A DNA stretch of 64,000 bases from Carcharhinus amblyrhynchos. Its lineage: Eukaryota. The stretch spans positions 5,518,001 through 5,582,000 of the forward strand of contig OZ336886.1 of assembly GCA_965287045.1 (NCBI GenBank), read 5' to 3'. Position 1 is the first letter of the stretch. The number at the start of each line of letters is the position of its first letter. The notes under the pieces are model-generated. The model made no database searches. It saw nothing but the letters and a program-made list of their open reading frames with translations, and was not told the origin of the DNA. Position numbers and translations under genes: made by a program. Shown in pieces: positions 12,793 to 25,545 of the stretch.

Positions 12793-12934
12793 ACCAAACT
12801 CAGCTTCCTCCCATACCATTGTTACCACAGCTACTTCCACCTTTGCAGTATTGCCTATTTGTGCTCCTGAAAGTGAGCAGGAGGCACACTGAGGACTCCT
12901 ACTCGAGAGAGTTCCATGAGTTTATGATCAATGG
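12793..12934 (+). other. Possible exon
   Basis: Strong donor TGG|gtaagt at 12935; acceptors tatag|12793 or ctttgcag|12849; one frame open (QTQLPPIPLL...REFHEFMIN); protein not recognised. Confidence 0.25.
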
Positions 12935-14517
12935 GTAAGTTTTGTGTTGTTTTAATTTATGACATTTTTTGACTTTTTTTAGGGGAATTTAAATGTGTTG
13001 GTGAGAAGCCAATATGGCACCTCAAACAACTTTTTTGAGGAATGTGGTGTGATTTATGTTGGCCAGTACTCTCTTCAGGTGTGCCAGTGTTTAGTTGGTA
13101 CAAAGTTTGTTCTGAAAAGTCAATACTAAGTTTCTTGCACTTGATATATTATGAGATGCTTACCCATGCTCCATTGACTCATTTTATGTAGTTAGAGACA
13201 AAACCTTTGCTTGGTTAGTGACAAAATAAGTTCGAACTACAATGCGTATATGTTTGAGATCTGTTTAAATAAAAATGTCTTAAATCCTGACTTGTTTTAA
13301 AACATGCTTCAAAATAATATTTCAGGAAACTGAATGAACATTGGAAATAAACATTATAATAAAAAGTTATTTAATTATACATTACAAATTGTGTGCATTT
13401 TCCAGACTGCAAAAAAAATGACAATGTTTAATCGTATGACTGTTATACTGCAGTTCACATGCAATATATGGAAAACCACAGTTTCTCACTTCCCCTGTGC
13501 TGAGTTGCAAATACTCATATGACACTGAAACATGTAAATGACTATACTTTTTTACATCTTTGTGCTACACTTTCTCGAATTAGTTTACAACTTAAAGAAC
13601 ATCTTGAACCCACATAACCGCAGATTTATTTGCAAATTGGCTCAAGTAAACAGTACGTTGATACTGAGTAATATATATGAAAATGATCTGTAGGTGTACT
13701 TTGAAAGTGCCACATAACAGACGTGGGAGCATAATTAAAAGGAGAGTGGCAGCATAGATAGAAAATTGGTTAAGGGGCAGAAAGCAGAGATTAATTGTGA
13801 ATGGTTTTAATGACATTTGTCGGTTTGGCATTTGGACTGTTGCTCTCATTGATATATATTAATGAACTGGACTTGAATATACAGGATATAATTTCAAATC
13901 TGCAGACAAGTAAAAACTTGGAAATTTTGCGAAGCCTGAGGGGATAGTAACACACATCACAGACGTGATTTAAAGAGAATGAAGTGATTTTGTATGAAGA
14001 ATGAGGAGAGATAATATAAGAGAGGTAATATAAATTTTATAGTTTTAAAAAAGGAACGGGAAGACCCAGGGTGAAGGCAGTGGAACAAGTTGAAATGGGT
14101 ATCAGAAAGATGGATGGAAACCGTGGCTTATGAATAGAGGCGTGGACTACACAAGTAAGGAGGTGGGACTAAACCTTGATAAATCATTGATTAGATTTCT
14201 GCTGTGTATTGCATTTAATTCTGGATGCTACACTTCAGGAACACTGTCAAGACTTTTGAGTTGGGGCAGAAGAAATTTGCTAGATTGATACTCGGAATGA
14301 AGAACTTCAAAATGTGGAAAGAGTGAAGAAACTAGGGTTGCTGTCCTCAGCAAAAAAGGCTAAGAGGAGATTTGATATAAGTATTCAAACTTATCAACAG
14401 TTTTACTACAGGATATGGGGAGAAACTGTTTTTAGTGACAAAGTTAAAACAGCTGGATTTAAGGTGATCGACAACCAGATATGACAGAAGTACTTACAGG
14501 AGTTGTAAAGGGTGAAA

Positions 14518-15170
14518 GGGCAGCACGATGGTACAGTAAGGGTAGCACAGTGAACAGCACTGCTGTCTCACAATACCAGGGACCTAGGTTCAATTCTAAT
14601 TTTTGGTCGCTGGCTGTGTGCGGTTTGCACGTTCTCCGTGTCGGCATGGGTTTCCTCTGAGTACTCTGTTTAGAGTTTATTTATTAGTGTCATAAGTAGG
14701 CTTACATTAATGCTGCAATGAAGTCACTGTGAAAAATCTCCAAGTCACCACACTCCTACGCCTGTTCGGGTATACTGAGGGAGAATTTAGCATGGCCAAT
14801 GCACCTAGCCAACATGTCTTTCGGACTGCAGGAGGAAACCCATGCAGACATGGGGAGAATGTGCAGACTCCATACAGACAGTGACCCAAGCTGGGAATTG
14901 AACCCAGATCTCTGGTGCTGTGTGGTAGCAGTGCTAACCATCATGCCACTGTGATGTCCCACTGGCTTCCTCCACAGTTAAAAAATGTGCAGGTTAGATT
15001 GATTGGCCATGCTACATTAATCCCTTAGTGTCCCAAAATGTACGGGGAGTATTAGTGAGGGAAATACATCGGGTTATGGGGATAGGGCCTGGATAAGATG
15101 CTCTGTCAGAGAGCTGGTGCAGCAGACTCAATAGGCCAAATGGCCGCCTTCTGCACTGTAAGATTCTATG
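14518..15170 (+). mobile_element. HE1-type V-SINE split by an antisense SINE
   Basis: Head and V-domain start 14518-14668, remainder 14961-15170; flanking direct repeat aaagggtg at 14507-14514 and 15171-15178. Confidence 0.85.
14669..14960 (-). mobile_element. V-SINE subfamily with alternative tail (...taataaataaact)
   Basis: agtttatttattagtgtcataagtaggcttacattaa tail, V-domain, and tRNA head (gggaattgaaccc = B box reverse complement). Confidence 0.85.
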
Positions 15171-15214
15171 AAAGGGTGGTGGAAGCAGAGTCAGTGATTT
15201 TTCTGAAGGGAGTT

Positions 15215-15490
15215 CAAGTTTATTTATTAGTCACAAGTGAGGCTTACATTAACACTGCAGTGAAGTTATTGTGAAATTCCCCTAGTTACCGCAATCTGGC
15301 TCCTGTTTGGGTTAATGCACCTAACCAGCACGTCTTTCAGAATGTGGGAGGAAACTGGACACCAGGAGGAAACCCATGCAGACATGGGGAGAACGTGCAG
15401 ACTCCACACAGACAGCGACCCAAGTTGGGAATCGTACCCAGGTCCCTGGCGCTGTGAAGCAGCACTGCTAGCCGCTGTGCTACCGTGCCA
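15215..15490 (-). mobile_element. V-SINE, alternative-tail subfamily
   Basis: Same tail, V-domain and head as 14669-14960. Confidence 0.85.
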
Positions 15491-16009
15491 CACAACTGAC
15501 TTTCTCCCACAGTCAAAAGATGTACAGGTTAGGTTGGATTAGTTTGTGCAAGTTGGAATTGGATAAACACTTGAAGGAAAAAAATGCAGTGCTACTGGGA
15601 AAGATTGTGGGGGTGTGAAATTAAAGCTATACCAAGAGCCAGCACAAGCCCAATTAGCCAAATGTCCTGCTTCTGTGCTGTATCATTCTTGGTCAATTTT
15701 GCTTTGTTTAATATTTGCTGGGGTGTTTGTCGGGAGCAGTGTATGTCACGTGCATTTCACAGTGGCATAGTGTGCCATTTAGTGTGTTCTTTCTCAACAC
15801 GTTTGACTTCTTTCAGGGAATCAGTTGCACAGCCTTTCCATTGTTCACAGCATCACCCATTTGTGTGCTTACTTAACTTTTCCACATACATGCTTCTAGC
15901 CATAGTTGCTAGATGTGATCAGGACCGTGGCATTTTCTCCCCTCCCAACTTAAGGACACTGGAACTAATTGTATCATTACATACAACAATTAGCCATCTC
16001 CTACAAGAA

Positions 16010-16595
16010 ATAATCTAACCATCGCCTTTTGACATTCAGTGCCATTGCCGAATCCCTCACTATCAACATTCTGGGGCTTACCATTGATCAGGAACTGACT
16101 TGACTCGGCATATTAATACTGTGGATACAAGAGCATGTCTGAGGCTAGGAATCCTGTGGCAAGAAACCCACGTCCTGACTCCCTAAAGCCTGTCCAGCAT
16201 CCACAAGGCATACGTGAGGAGTGAGGTGCGATACTCTTTTTTTTGCTTTGATGAATGCAGCTCCAACAGCACTCAAGAAGCTCATCATCATACAGGACAA
16301 AGCAGCCTGCATGATTGGCACCCCACCTACAAACATTCACTCCCTCCAGCACCAACATTGTGGTAGCAGCGTGTGTCACCTACAGGATGCACTGCAGAAA
16401 CTCAATAAGGCTTCTTAGACAGCACTTTCCAAATTCATGACCTCAAAGGACTAGGGCAGCAGATGTATGGGAGCACCACGACCTGGCAGGTTCCCTCCAA
16501 GCCACGTACTGTCCTGACTTGGAAATATGTTGCCGGTCCTTCACTGTTACTGGGTCGAAATCCTGGAATTCCCTACCTAACAGCACTGTGGGTGC
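16010..16595 (+). mobile_element. LINE 3' ORF2 fragment (CR1/L2 group, family distinct from the main CR1s)
   Basis: Encodes MNAAPTALKKL.IIQDKAACMIG; homologous to 43525-43965 and antisense 19365-19980. Confidence 0.7.
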
Positions 16596-17329
16596 ATAAC
16601 TATTTTCTGCTTTATTTGGTCATAATTTTATTTTTCCCTGTGTAATCTAATAACATCTATCAAATCTTGGGAAAAAATGCACACAAAATTGTCACCTTGT
16701 CAGAATTCTGCCCAAGGAGAGTTGTTTTGCTACTGTGATTGGGGATTTCAAACTAGATTTTTGTTTTGATTCATGGTGCTCACTGCCTTCAGCTGAGCTT
16801 TGCCTGTTGAAAAATCTTTAATCCCTACATATTGGTGACCTTAGTCATTTCCAAACACAGCCACAATGGCCAGGAAGATCAGTGTAGGTCCTGCAAGGAC
16901 TGTCTCGAGATGCATTAGGGTTTGTTGCGCACTAATTTCTAAATGTGATGGACACTAAATTCTAAGTGTTTGAAGTAACAGCTAGTCATGTTAGTGCTAT
17001 TTCATTATTAAGGGTGTCAAGCTTTCTGATCACTGTATGTGTTGCTCACACTATCTTTCACATCACAATTTGGTCAAGATTCCTCTGATCAATCGATTCT
17101 TTTTGAAAAAAATGAACTCTTAGTCTTTCTTTGCCAAAAGTTTATCATGTCCAAAATAAAGATTTTTTTAATAATTATAAATTGAAATATTATGTACTTT
17201 GCAATAGCGTGATGAACATTATCCATTGCATTATTTCATTCTTTCATTAAAGTTTTCACAGAATTATGCGCAACATACTTTTCAACCTTTTTTGTGAGGT
17301 GCAACATTTCAATTTTTTTCTCTCTCAAG

Positions 17330-17397
17330 AGGCCGATGAGCCATCTTTGAAAAGATCAGATTTAACAGAACATGAGGCAGGAATTTCAAAAACAAAG
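17330..17397 (+). CDS. Candidate internal coding exon of an unidentified host gene
   Basis: Polypyrimidine tract tttttttctctctcaag|, open frame (E)ADEPSLKRSDLTEHEAGISKTK, donor AAG|gtgacg; lies in unique sequence. Confidence 0.4.
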
Positions 17398-18614
17398 GTG
17401 ACGTGAAAAGAAGCAATTTGCTGAGCAAAATATGTCAAAACAATTTTTTAAAAGTCAATAACAAATACTGATGACTATTAGATTGTGAAACAATGAATTT
17501 ATTTGGGTCCAGCTTACTCCCAGCCATAGGTTCCCGCTCACATGTTGGTGGGGGGAGTGAACATAAATGAGAACCCTGAGACAGGAAGTGAGCTAGGCAC
17601 ATGCTCACCCCTCTTGCACAATGGTCAATCCTGTATTTGGATGAGTAATAACAGTAAAATGTGAGATCAATGTGATGTCGAGATTGGATGTTTGCAGTAA
17701 AAGTGATGTGAAAATTTATGTGGTTGGATATTCAATACTGCAGATTTTGTAAGACAGATTTGATCATGCTGTATCAGATTCTTGGTTGAAAATCCAATAA
17801 GCCTAACAGCAGCAGACATTAGAGAGAAGCAGCTTGTGATTAGAGGAGAAGCCCGTAGGGCTACATCAGTAGGGCTACATAGAGGGGCGTCGCAGGCCAT
17901 AGTTATGGCCAGTGTTATAAACCCTGCAAGGGCATCCCACATCCTAGAAGAGAATATTGGAACTTAGGTTCTTAACATTTTATTTTTATGATTTGGAAAA
18001 AATATGAGAAAAAAGATGAAACCCGGTGAGCAATGAGGTCAATCCAGTAAGTTTTCACACAACAGAAGCAGAATCCATAACTTACATGGCAGAAATTTAT
18101 TATAGGAGTTTAATTGTGCATTCTCCTGTGGAATTGCAATATCCCAAATGCACTGGCAGCAGCCATAATGTCTAGGAGCAATTATTACGTGAGGAGGGGA
18201 ACAATGCAGTTTGAATCATTTGTACTGAGGAGGACTAATATATTAGTAATGGAACTAATGTTTGTTTTGCATGGTGGGAGAGGAAATATTTGAAGTGCTT
18301 GGCTGTTGTGGCTGGAATTAGTCAGTCATATTGGGGTGTCAAAGGACCACATGTTCTGTTTTTGAGTACTGGAGACTGAAGATTCAAAATTAAGTGCACT
18401 GTGGTAACTGAAAGTCAAAAGTATATTCTATGATTATTAAACTAATGGCTGAAATGGAATGGGTGAGGCAGAAGGAGATGATTTTAGGGAGAGTGGAGTG
18501 GAGAATTAACACATAAAAATTTACATATACTTTTTGACTTGTAAATAATTAGGAAAAAAGGACAAACTAAGTTGCTTGCATCTTAAACAATATTTTCAAA
18601 GTAGTAGGTTATAG

Positions 18615-18770
18615 AATCTTTAATATCCACCTGAGGTAACAGAGAGGATTTCAATTTAACATAATCAAGAAAAAGCACTTCCAGTAGTGTGGCACTACCC
18701 TCAGTGTCAGTTGTGGGCCTTTAACCCATCTCCAGACTTGGAGGCAAGAATGTTACCACAGAGCCAAGCG
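18615..18770 (-). mobile_element. DeuSINE 5' fragment
   Basis: atccacctgag..cagtagtgtggcact.ccctcagt..ttaccacagagcca = reverse complement of the SINE head at 41450. Confidence 0.5.
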
Positions 18771-19364
18771 TGAAACATGAGACTTTTTGTTAAATTTAAG
18801 AAAAAGATGGCGATGGCATACTTGAGTCTGGCTGTATTATGTCTTCAGTGATGACATTACATATTAAAGTCAAGACAAGAATATAAAGAAGTGCAAAACA
18901 TTCAAAAGCATAGAAATATTTCCTTTGCCTTTATTTCCTCAGTAACTAAAATTCCTCAAGTCCGCAATGAAAACTGTATATTTTGAAGTAATGTGATAAA
19001 ACATAATGAAAATACCATCTCTTGAGGCCTAATATATCTATCAGCGATCTCAATTGTGAACAACTCAGTTTCTTTCAATAGCCTGTGCATATACCTGCTA
19101 GTTTCCTGATAATTTTTGTTGCAATTCTTAGAGTTATTCAGGGTGCATTTTGTAGAATTTTCCACAATGCTTCTTAGGTAAATGGAACCATGAATTCTGG
19201 GATCTTTATCAGAGAAGAATTTTCTGACTCAGACTGGCTGTTGAACAAAGATTTGCTATGTGAGATGTGCTTGCAGTTGATCAAAATGAGCTGCAAGTGT
19301 ACACAGCAATTTAAGCAGTTGCCTTAAATGTTAATGATAAAATGGTTTACATTTTTCAGACTTG

Positions 19365-19980
19365 TTATTCATTCAAGTGATTTTGACATTGTTGAGAAGA
19401 CCAGCATTTATTGCCCATTCCTAATTGCCCCTGAGAAAATGGTGGTGGGCTGCCTACTACAGTTAGTGTGGTGGACTGTTAGGTGGGCGGTTGCAGCATT
19501 TTGACCCTGCAACCATGAAGAAAAAGAAATATAATTCCAACTCAGGATGGTCTGTAATTCAGAAGGGAACTTGCAAGTAATAATGTTCCCATGCAGTTCA
19601 TTTCCTTGCTCTTCTAGATGGTAGAGGTCACTGGATTCAAAAGTACTGTCAAGGAAACTTTGGTTTGTTCCTGCAGTTCATATGGTTCACATTCCAGCCA
19701 CAGTTCTCTGGTGGTTTGGAGAGTGAATATTTAAGCTGATGTATGGGGATGTTTATAGAGTCACTGCTTCAGGTAAGTGTTAAATTGTACACCACTGTTC
19801 ATGACTGAATGTGGAAGGTTTTTCATCAGGGCTTTGACTTGATCTGTTGATTGTGGACTCACTTAACTTTGTGTGGTATGCTGCTTCTGCTGCTGAGCAT
19901 GAACGTAATCATCTGTTGTAGCTTCCCAGATTGGTACCTTATTTTGAAGTGTGTATCGTGCTGCTCCTGGCATATTCTCA
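19365..19980 (-). mobile_element. LINE fragment, same family as 16010-16595
   Basis: ccagcatttattgcccattcctaattgcccctgagaa tail (reverse complement of gggcaattagggatgggcaataaatgctgg). Confidence 0.7.
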
Positions 19981-20088
19981 AGGAGAATAAGCAGTAAACA
20001 CTAGGGCGATGCAGGGCATCATCACTCCCCTGACATTCTGAGGTAATAGAACACGGACTACGCCTACCAAGGACAATTGGGTGGCCAG

Positions 20089-20265
20089 TGTGACAATACT
20101 GCGCCTTTAAGAAACGTATTTATATCATGGTTCTTGTGAAGGGTATGGTTAAGAGCATTCTCTGTTTAATTGTTGCCAGTGCGTCTGCCCCAGCCCACAT
20201 GCTGAGCATACAGAAAAGTAATTGTTTGTAGATATTGGTGTGTTTGTTTTAATCTGAGTTAACAT
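20089..20265 (+). mobile_element. LTR-like fragment related to 29478-30875
   Basis: tgtgacaatactgcgcctttaagaaacgtattt resembles tgttgatactgtgcctttaagaaatgtattt; right boundary unresolved. Confidence 0.4.
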
Positions 20266-20606
20266 GGACAGTATGGTGGCACGGTGATTAGCACTGCTGC
20301 CTCATAACAACAGAGACCCGGATTCAATTCTGGACTTGGATGACTGTCTATGTGGAGTTTGTATGTTCTCCCGTGTTTGTGTGGGTTTCCTCCAGGTGCT
20401 CCAATTTCCCCCCACAGTCCAAAGATGTGCAGGTTGGGTGAATTGCCCTGCTAAATTGATCCTTAGTATCCCAAAATGTACAGGTTAGAGTATTAGCGGG
20501 TTAGATATGTAGGGTTACATGTATACTGCCTGGGTAAGATGCTCTTTCAGAGAGTTGGCACAGACGCGATAGGCTGAATGGCCTCCTACACTGTAGGGAT
20601 TCTATA
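20266..20606 (+). mobile_element. HE1-type V-SINE, full length
   Basis: tRNA head, V-domain, tail cactgtagggattcta. Confidence 0.88.
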
Positions 20607-22469
20607 ATGAAGCTTTGTTTATTTTTTTGGTTGTCCTGGGGTTTCGGAGTAGGGTTTAATCAGGTTGATTGACAAGAATGAGTCAGGTGGTAATGGAGCA
20701 GGAGCTCTTTTCCCTTAGGAGAGAAAAGCAAATCTTTTTAAATTGTTCATGAGCAATGCCCAAGGAAGTCGAAGTGTACGTATGCTTATGTATCGTTTTA
20801 TTTGTGCACTTATGCATTGGTATGAAACTTTGTCACTTCTGTTGCAAAATGGAAGTCCCAGAATTTTTGCCGTAAGTCACTAAAGAGCAAAGTATCAAAA
20901 TTAAGATAACACTTTTATTTGAAAATAAATATCATTTTAACGTGATCCTTTGTTTTAAATTTTACAATGATATAAGCCTTGAAGCGGGCAAAGTTTCCAT
21001 ATAAGAACCTAACTCTTTCGCAGTGCACTTTTCATAAACTCTGGGAGTAAAGTGAATCAAAGTAAATGTCATAAAGGATGCTTGGTTCACTAGAGGGAAG
21101 TAGCTTGTATCTATTGCATCAGCTAGAGTCAGCAGGCAGTACTACTTCAGGACTTTCTCCTGGAACTCCCTGTCAAGGTTATATGGGGGTGTTTTTTATA
21201 AATCATGAGTCATTTGAATGTTCTGTCTCCTGGTTTAGATTTCATTGTTAACAGATGAGCTGCTTCTTCATTGCAGTAGAATGTGTTTTGTGACCAGATG
21301 TAAATGTATTTTGAAGACTGGGGTAAAAATATGTGCTACTTTCAAAACCATGGTGGAATCCTAGAATTTTGTGATATATAGCAGACATTATTCAAAGAAT
21401 AATGCAAAAACAGTTAGGAATATTTAATATTTTTGAAGGGTTTGCATGAAACTTCTGTAAGGAGGTGAGAAGCAATTTGAATAACTAAAGAATTGATTCT
21501 TTAGAAAACAATTGCAACTTTGTTGTATTCAATTTTGCACGTTTTCTGTGGTTGAAACTTCTGACCAGAGTCAGATCTCCGATATCTAATGCTGATCAGA
21601 CTGAACACTACCCATTTCCTTGCCTGTGTTGACAAGACTTATGAATCACAGTGCAGAAGAACTCCCTCAGTGTAGGAATGCACACAGAATAGCAAAGAGA
21701 TTCAAGGCAGACACTACGCCCTCTTGTTATAACACTAGTTCCTGTAAGGTATCTTTAAACCTCCAGTTTGAATGTTAATGAACGACTGATGAATGAGTAA
21801 GCTGGATAGGGAGATGAGATGATCGGTGAGTAGAATGGCTGCTTAAAAGGCTGTAGGATGAGAGGTGGATGATGTGGCAGTTGAGTCAGCTTGGGAGTGA
21901 TCGTCAGATGGGAGCTTGTTGAGTTGGAGCAGTGTGAGACTAGTTGGGTCAGTGGCAGTCTGTGGGTCAGGGGGATAGTCAGTTGTTAGAAGTGGGCATT
22001 GGAAGCTGGATAAAATAACAGGCAAGTGGCTCGGGGCTGGATGGGTTGGCTTGGAAGACTTGTTTGACGGGGGAGAGTCTGGTTGTGGGGTTTAGTCATG
22101 TGTGGCCAGTGGGTGATCTGGTGGTGGAGGCTGGTAAGGTCAGGGGTGTTTTGGATTTAAATATTTCTTGGGGGCTAGATGCGTAATTTCCTGTCTTAAT
22201 AATTCCTGAGTCACGGTCCAGGCAATAAAGTTCGAACTTTTTGAAGCCCCTGATTCTTAGGTCATGGGTCCATTGTCTGATAATCTGGAGACCAGAAGAT
22301 CTGGACTCATCTGTTTAATTCACGTATAATTTTCATTCAAATTTAAAGTTGGATTTCTAAAATTAGAAAATGATATCATGGAAGGACATTTCATTATCTG
22401 TCTCGCTAATTATTCACGACAGGCACAATTTACTTGCTGCAAAACATTTTTCAATTGAGATTCATCATT

Positions 22470-22815
22470 CATAGCTCATTGGTCATGCTTGTGCCTATTG
22501 AATCAAAAAGTTGTGTTCAAGTCTCCTGAATTCAAGGGACTTGAGCACGTAATATGGGCTTGCACTTGAGCACATTATTTAATGATACTGTACTGTTTTT
22601 CTTCTCAAGTGGATGCAAAAGGTTCCCGGGCACTGTTCATCAAAGAGCAGTGATGTTCTCCTAGTGTGGCCAACATTTGTCTCTGAACCCACAACATTAA
22701 ATTCTCATCATTTATCTCATTTTTGTTTGTGGGACTTGGCAGTATATCAATTGGCTATAAAGCACTTGGGCTGTCTTGTGGTCATGAAAGGTGCAATGTG
22801 AATACAAGTCACTTG
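22470..22815 (+). mobile_element. DeuSINE (SacSINE1-like), decayed
   Basis: tagctcattggt A box, gttcaagtc B box, gacttgagcac, tail aaagcacttgg...gaaaggtgca. Confidence 0.6.
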
Positions 22816-22885
22816 TTTTATATTCAATAGAAATAAATTTACTGATTCTGTATTCCCAATCTGGGGAGTCTACATTTCCAGTAAA

Positions 22886-23835
22886 GGGGAGGCAATTCTC
22901 CGACCTTGCCGGGCCTGGTACAGATTATGCTGATCCTAGAGAATTGTGTGCGGGTCTCAAATTCGGTTGCATGCCCAGCACCCAACAGTTTATGATTCTT
23001 CTGGTCCCTTTTTAATGGCACGAACCAGATTGTACCCAGAAGGGGCGCAAAACCAATTTGCATTTTGTAAGTAGTATTTAAGTATGCATAGCCCATTAAA
23101 CTTCTAGTGCATAGAATTCTCCAACCTTCAAGTGTGGCACGATAACAGTGAGAATCACAACTGGTCACCACCAGTGTGGATCCTGGCACGATAGTCACGC
23201 CATGGGGCTCAAAGGCCATTGAAGCCCCTGAGTGATTGGGAGCATGGCTGGGTGGTGCCCACCTGACAGTGGTGATCACTGAACATCTTGACAGTGCTAC
23301 TTAGGTTGGTTACTGCCAGTGTGCCAGTTGGGTACCTTCAAAGGGTTGGGACCCATGCGGAGGTGGATCATGTCAGGCATCATGATGTGGAGGATGATGG
23401 AGGTCATGGTTAGGGGTCACGTTTGGGGGGGGTGGGAATACATGTCGAGGACCAGACAGGGGGAGCCATCGGGTCGGTCCCAATGTTGTTGATCCATGTC
23501 AGGGAGGGGGTGAAGAAACTTGCTGTTGATTGGGTGGGTGGAGATCGGGGAGGTGAGGGGAGGAGTCCCAATGGGGGTGGTCGCTCAGGGCACCCTTGCA
23601 AAATGGCATCCAAGCACTCTGAACCCAGGTTCAGCGGCATAGTATGGGAGGATTGCAGCATGGAGTGCACCTGAGAGACTGGCATGGGGTCACTCCACTA
23701 TGACACGTGGAATTTATTTGGGACAATTCCGCCCCAGGAACTATGTTCCACAGGAGCATGGATTTGAGACTGGTCGAATGTGCTGTAGCATTGCTTCTTG
23801 ACACCTGCTTGTGGGTAAGGGAGAATATAGCGACT
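22886..23835. mobile_element. GC-rich non-autonomous DNA-transposon-like repeat
   Basis: Start ggggaggcaattctcc is imperfectly inverted to gggacaattccgcccc (23720-23735); internal caattctc/gagaattg hairpin; G-rich core. Confidence 0.5.
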
Positions 23836-24539
23836 TTCTTTAGAAAGGCTGTCAGGAGGACTATGAACCATTTGCTTCTGCTGTAGATACAGTATCAGTC
23901 ATTTCCATGCATGGTCTGAGTCTCTCTGTCTCTAAATTGTTTTTCATTATTTTTGTGACCTGGACTAAATATTCGTGCCTTTTGCACATGTTCATAAATA
24001 TATCCACAGATGGATCATCTGTAAAAACATTTAGTGACATTGAGGTTTGATGTAAATGATTAAGCTGCCTGTTTTCAAAGTCAGAGGGCACAGAGAACAA
24101 CAATTACTATTTGATTTGCTTCATTCAACTGTGACAACATGTCTTCATGTAATAATGCAAAAAGAATTAACGTAAGTGGGCCATCATATTTGAGTTCGGT
24201 TTCATTTTAACTCCTGCATTGTATCCTTTCTCATGGCTATTTTATCTGTTTCACAGCTTTCTAGTTCAAAACCTGAAAGCCTGTGGTACATCCTGTTTCG
24301 AAAGCTTTCTAGTTTGCTTATGGTCTATATCTTTTACTGGTCATGGTGAACGAAACCTTGCCAATCCTCCTAGTGGGAACAGGACCAGTGATTCCAGTGA
24401 ACCCCTAGCATAATGGCTGTCAGGTGATCATGAACTAACAATCAAGCTAAGAAATTATTTATTATTTACAGTCCATGAGAAAAGAATATCAAAGATATCT
24501 TGGCAATCACTATTTCAGTTCAGAGGCACTTGACCCAGT

Positions 24540-25545
24540 TATAGAATCCTAGGATGGTTACAACACAAAAGGAGGCCATTTGGCCCATCAAGTCTGTGCC
24601 AGCTAGCTACAAGAGTAGTTTAGCAAGTCCCACATCCTGGTCCTTTCCCTGAGCCCTGCAATTATTTTGCTCCTTCTGATGCAGATTTAGTTCCATTTGA
24701 AAGCCACAGTTGAATCATCCTAACCACTTATTACGCAAAACTGTCTTTTGTCATGTTGCTTTTGGTTCTTTTGCCAAATCTGTGTCCTCTGATCCCTGAG
24801 TCTTCTGCAACAGGAACAATTTCTCTCTGTCTTGCTCAGACTATTCATGATTTTGAACACCTCTATCAAATCCCTTCACAAGCTTCCTTCTTGAAGGAGC
24901 ACAATCCCAATTTCCTCCCAATGTGTTCACATAACTGAAGTCCCTCATATCGGGAACTATTTTCGTAAATCTTTCCTGAACCTTCCCCAAAGCCTTTCAT
25001 GTACATTTCCAGCTGAAACCAAACCCAGGTTTTACAAAGTCTCACCTTCCTGGCTTTTGTACTCAGGCTTCTATTTCTAAAGCCCAGGATTCCATTCATT
25101 TTTAGCTACTTTCTCAAGCTGCCTTGTTAGTTTCAACAATTAATGCATGCACATCCCAGGATCCTGCACCCGCTTTGGAATTGTACCTTTTGGTTGAAAT
25201 GTCATTTCTTTGTTCTTCCTTCTAAAATGTAGCACTGCACAATTTTGTGTGTTAAATCAGCTCATTCTACAGCCCGTTTATGACCTCTTGAAATTCATGG
25301 TGGCGTCCTCAGTTCACAATGCGTCAAATTTTGTGCCATCGGCAAATTTTGAAGTTGTCCTGTGCAGTCAATTGTAGGTAAACAGTATATATATCAAGAA
25401 AGCTTAAGATCCTAGTATTCATTGCTGGGTAACCCCACTGTTTACCTTTCTTCATTCTAAAAACAACTGTTCATCACAACTGTTTCCTATCACTCAGCCA
25501 ACTTTGAATGCATGCTACCACTGTTCCTTTTATTCCACAGCCTAG
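24540..25545 (-). mobile_element. Decayed CR1 3' half
   Basis: Tail atagaatc..ggaggccatttggcccatc; ORF remnant MNGILGFRNRSL; ccatcggcaaattt encodes KFAD on the minus strand. Confidence 0.75.

Larger units (their letters stand above)
13670..15690 (+). mobile_element. Decayed CR1 3' half hosting nested SINEs
   Basis: KVPH, IENWL.GRKQR, YINELD, FWM.HFR remnants; resumes at 15171 (aaagggtggtggaagcag) and ~15556; tail ttctgtgctgtatcattct. Confidence 0.75.

Noticed and set aside
17855-17880. Direct repeat gtagggctacat x2
   Set aside because: Isolated 12-bp local duplication with no further structure
21600-21755. Possible exon ending AAG|gtatct
   Set aside because: Weak donor, no clear acceptor, and adjacent to degenerate repeat-like sequence
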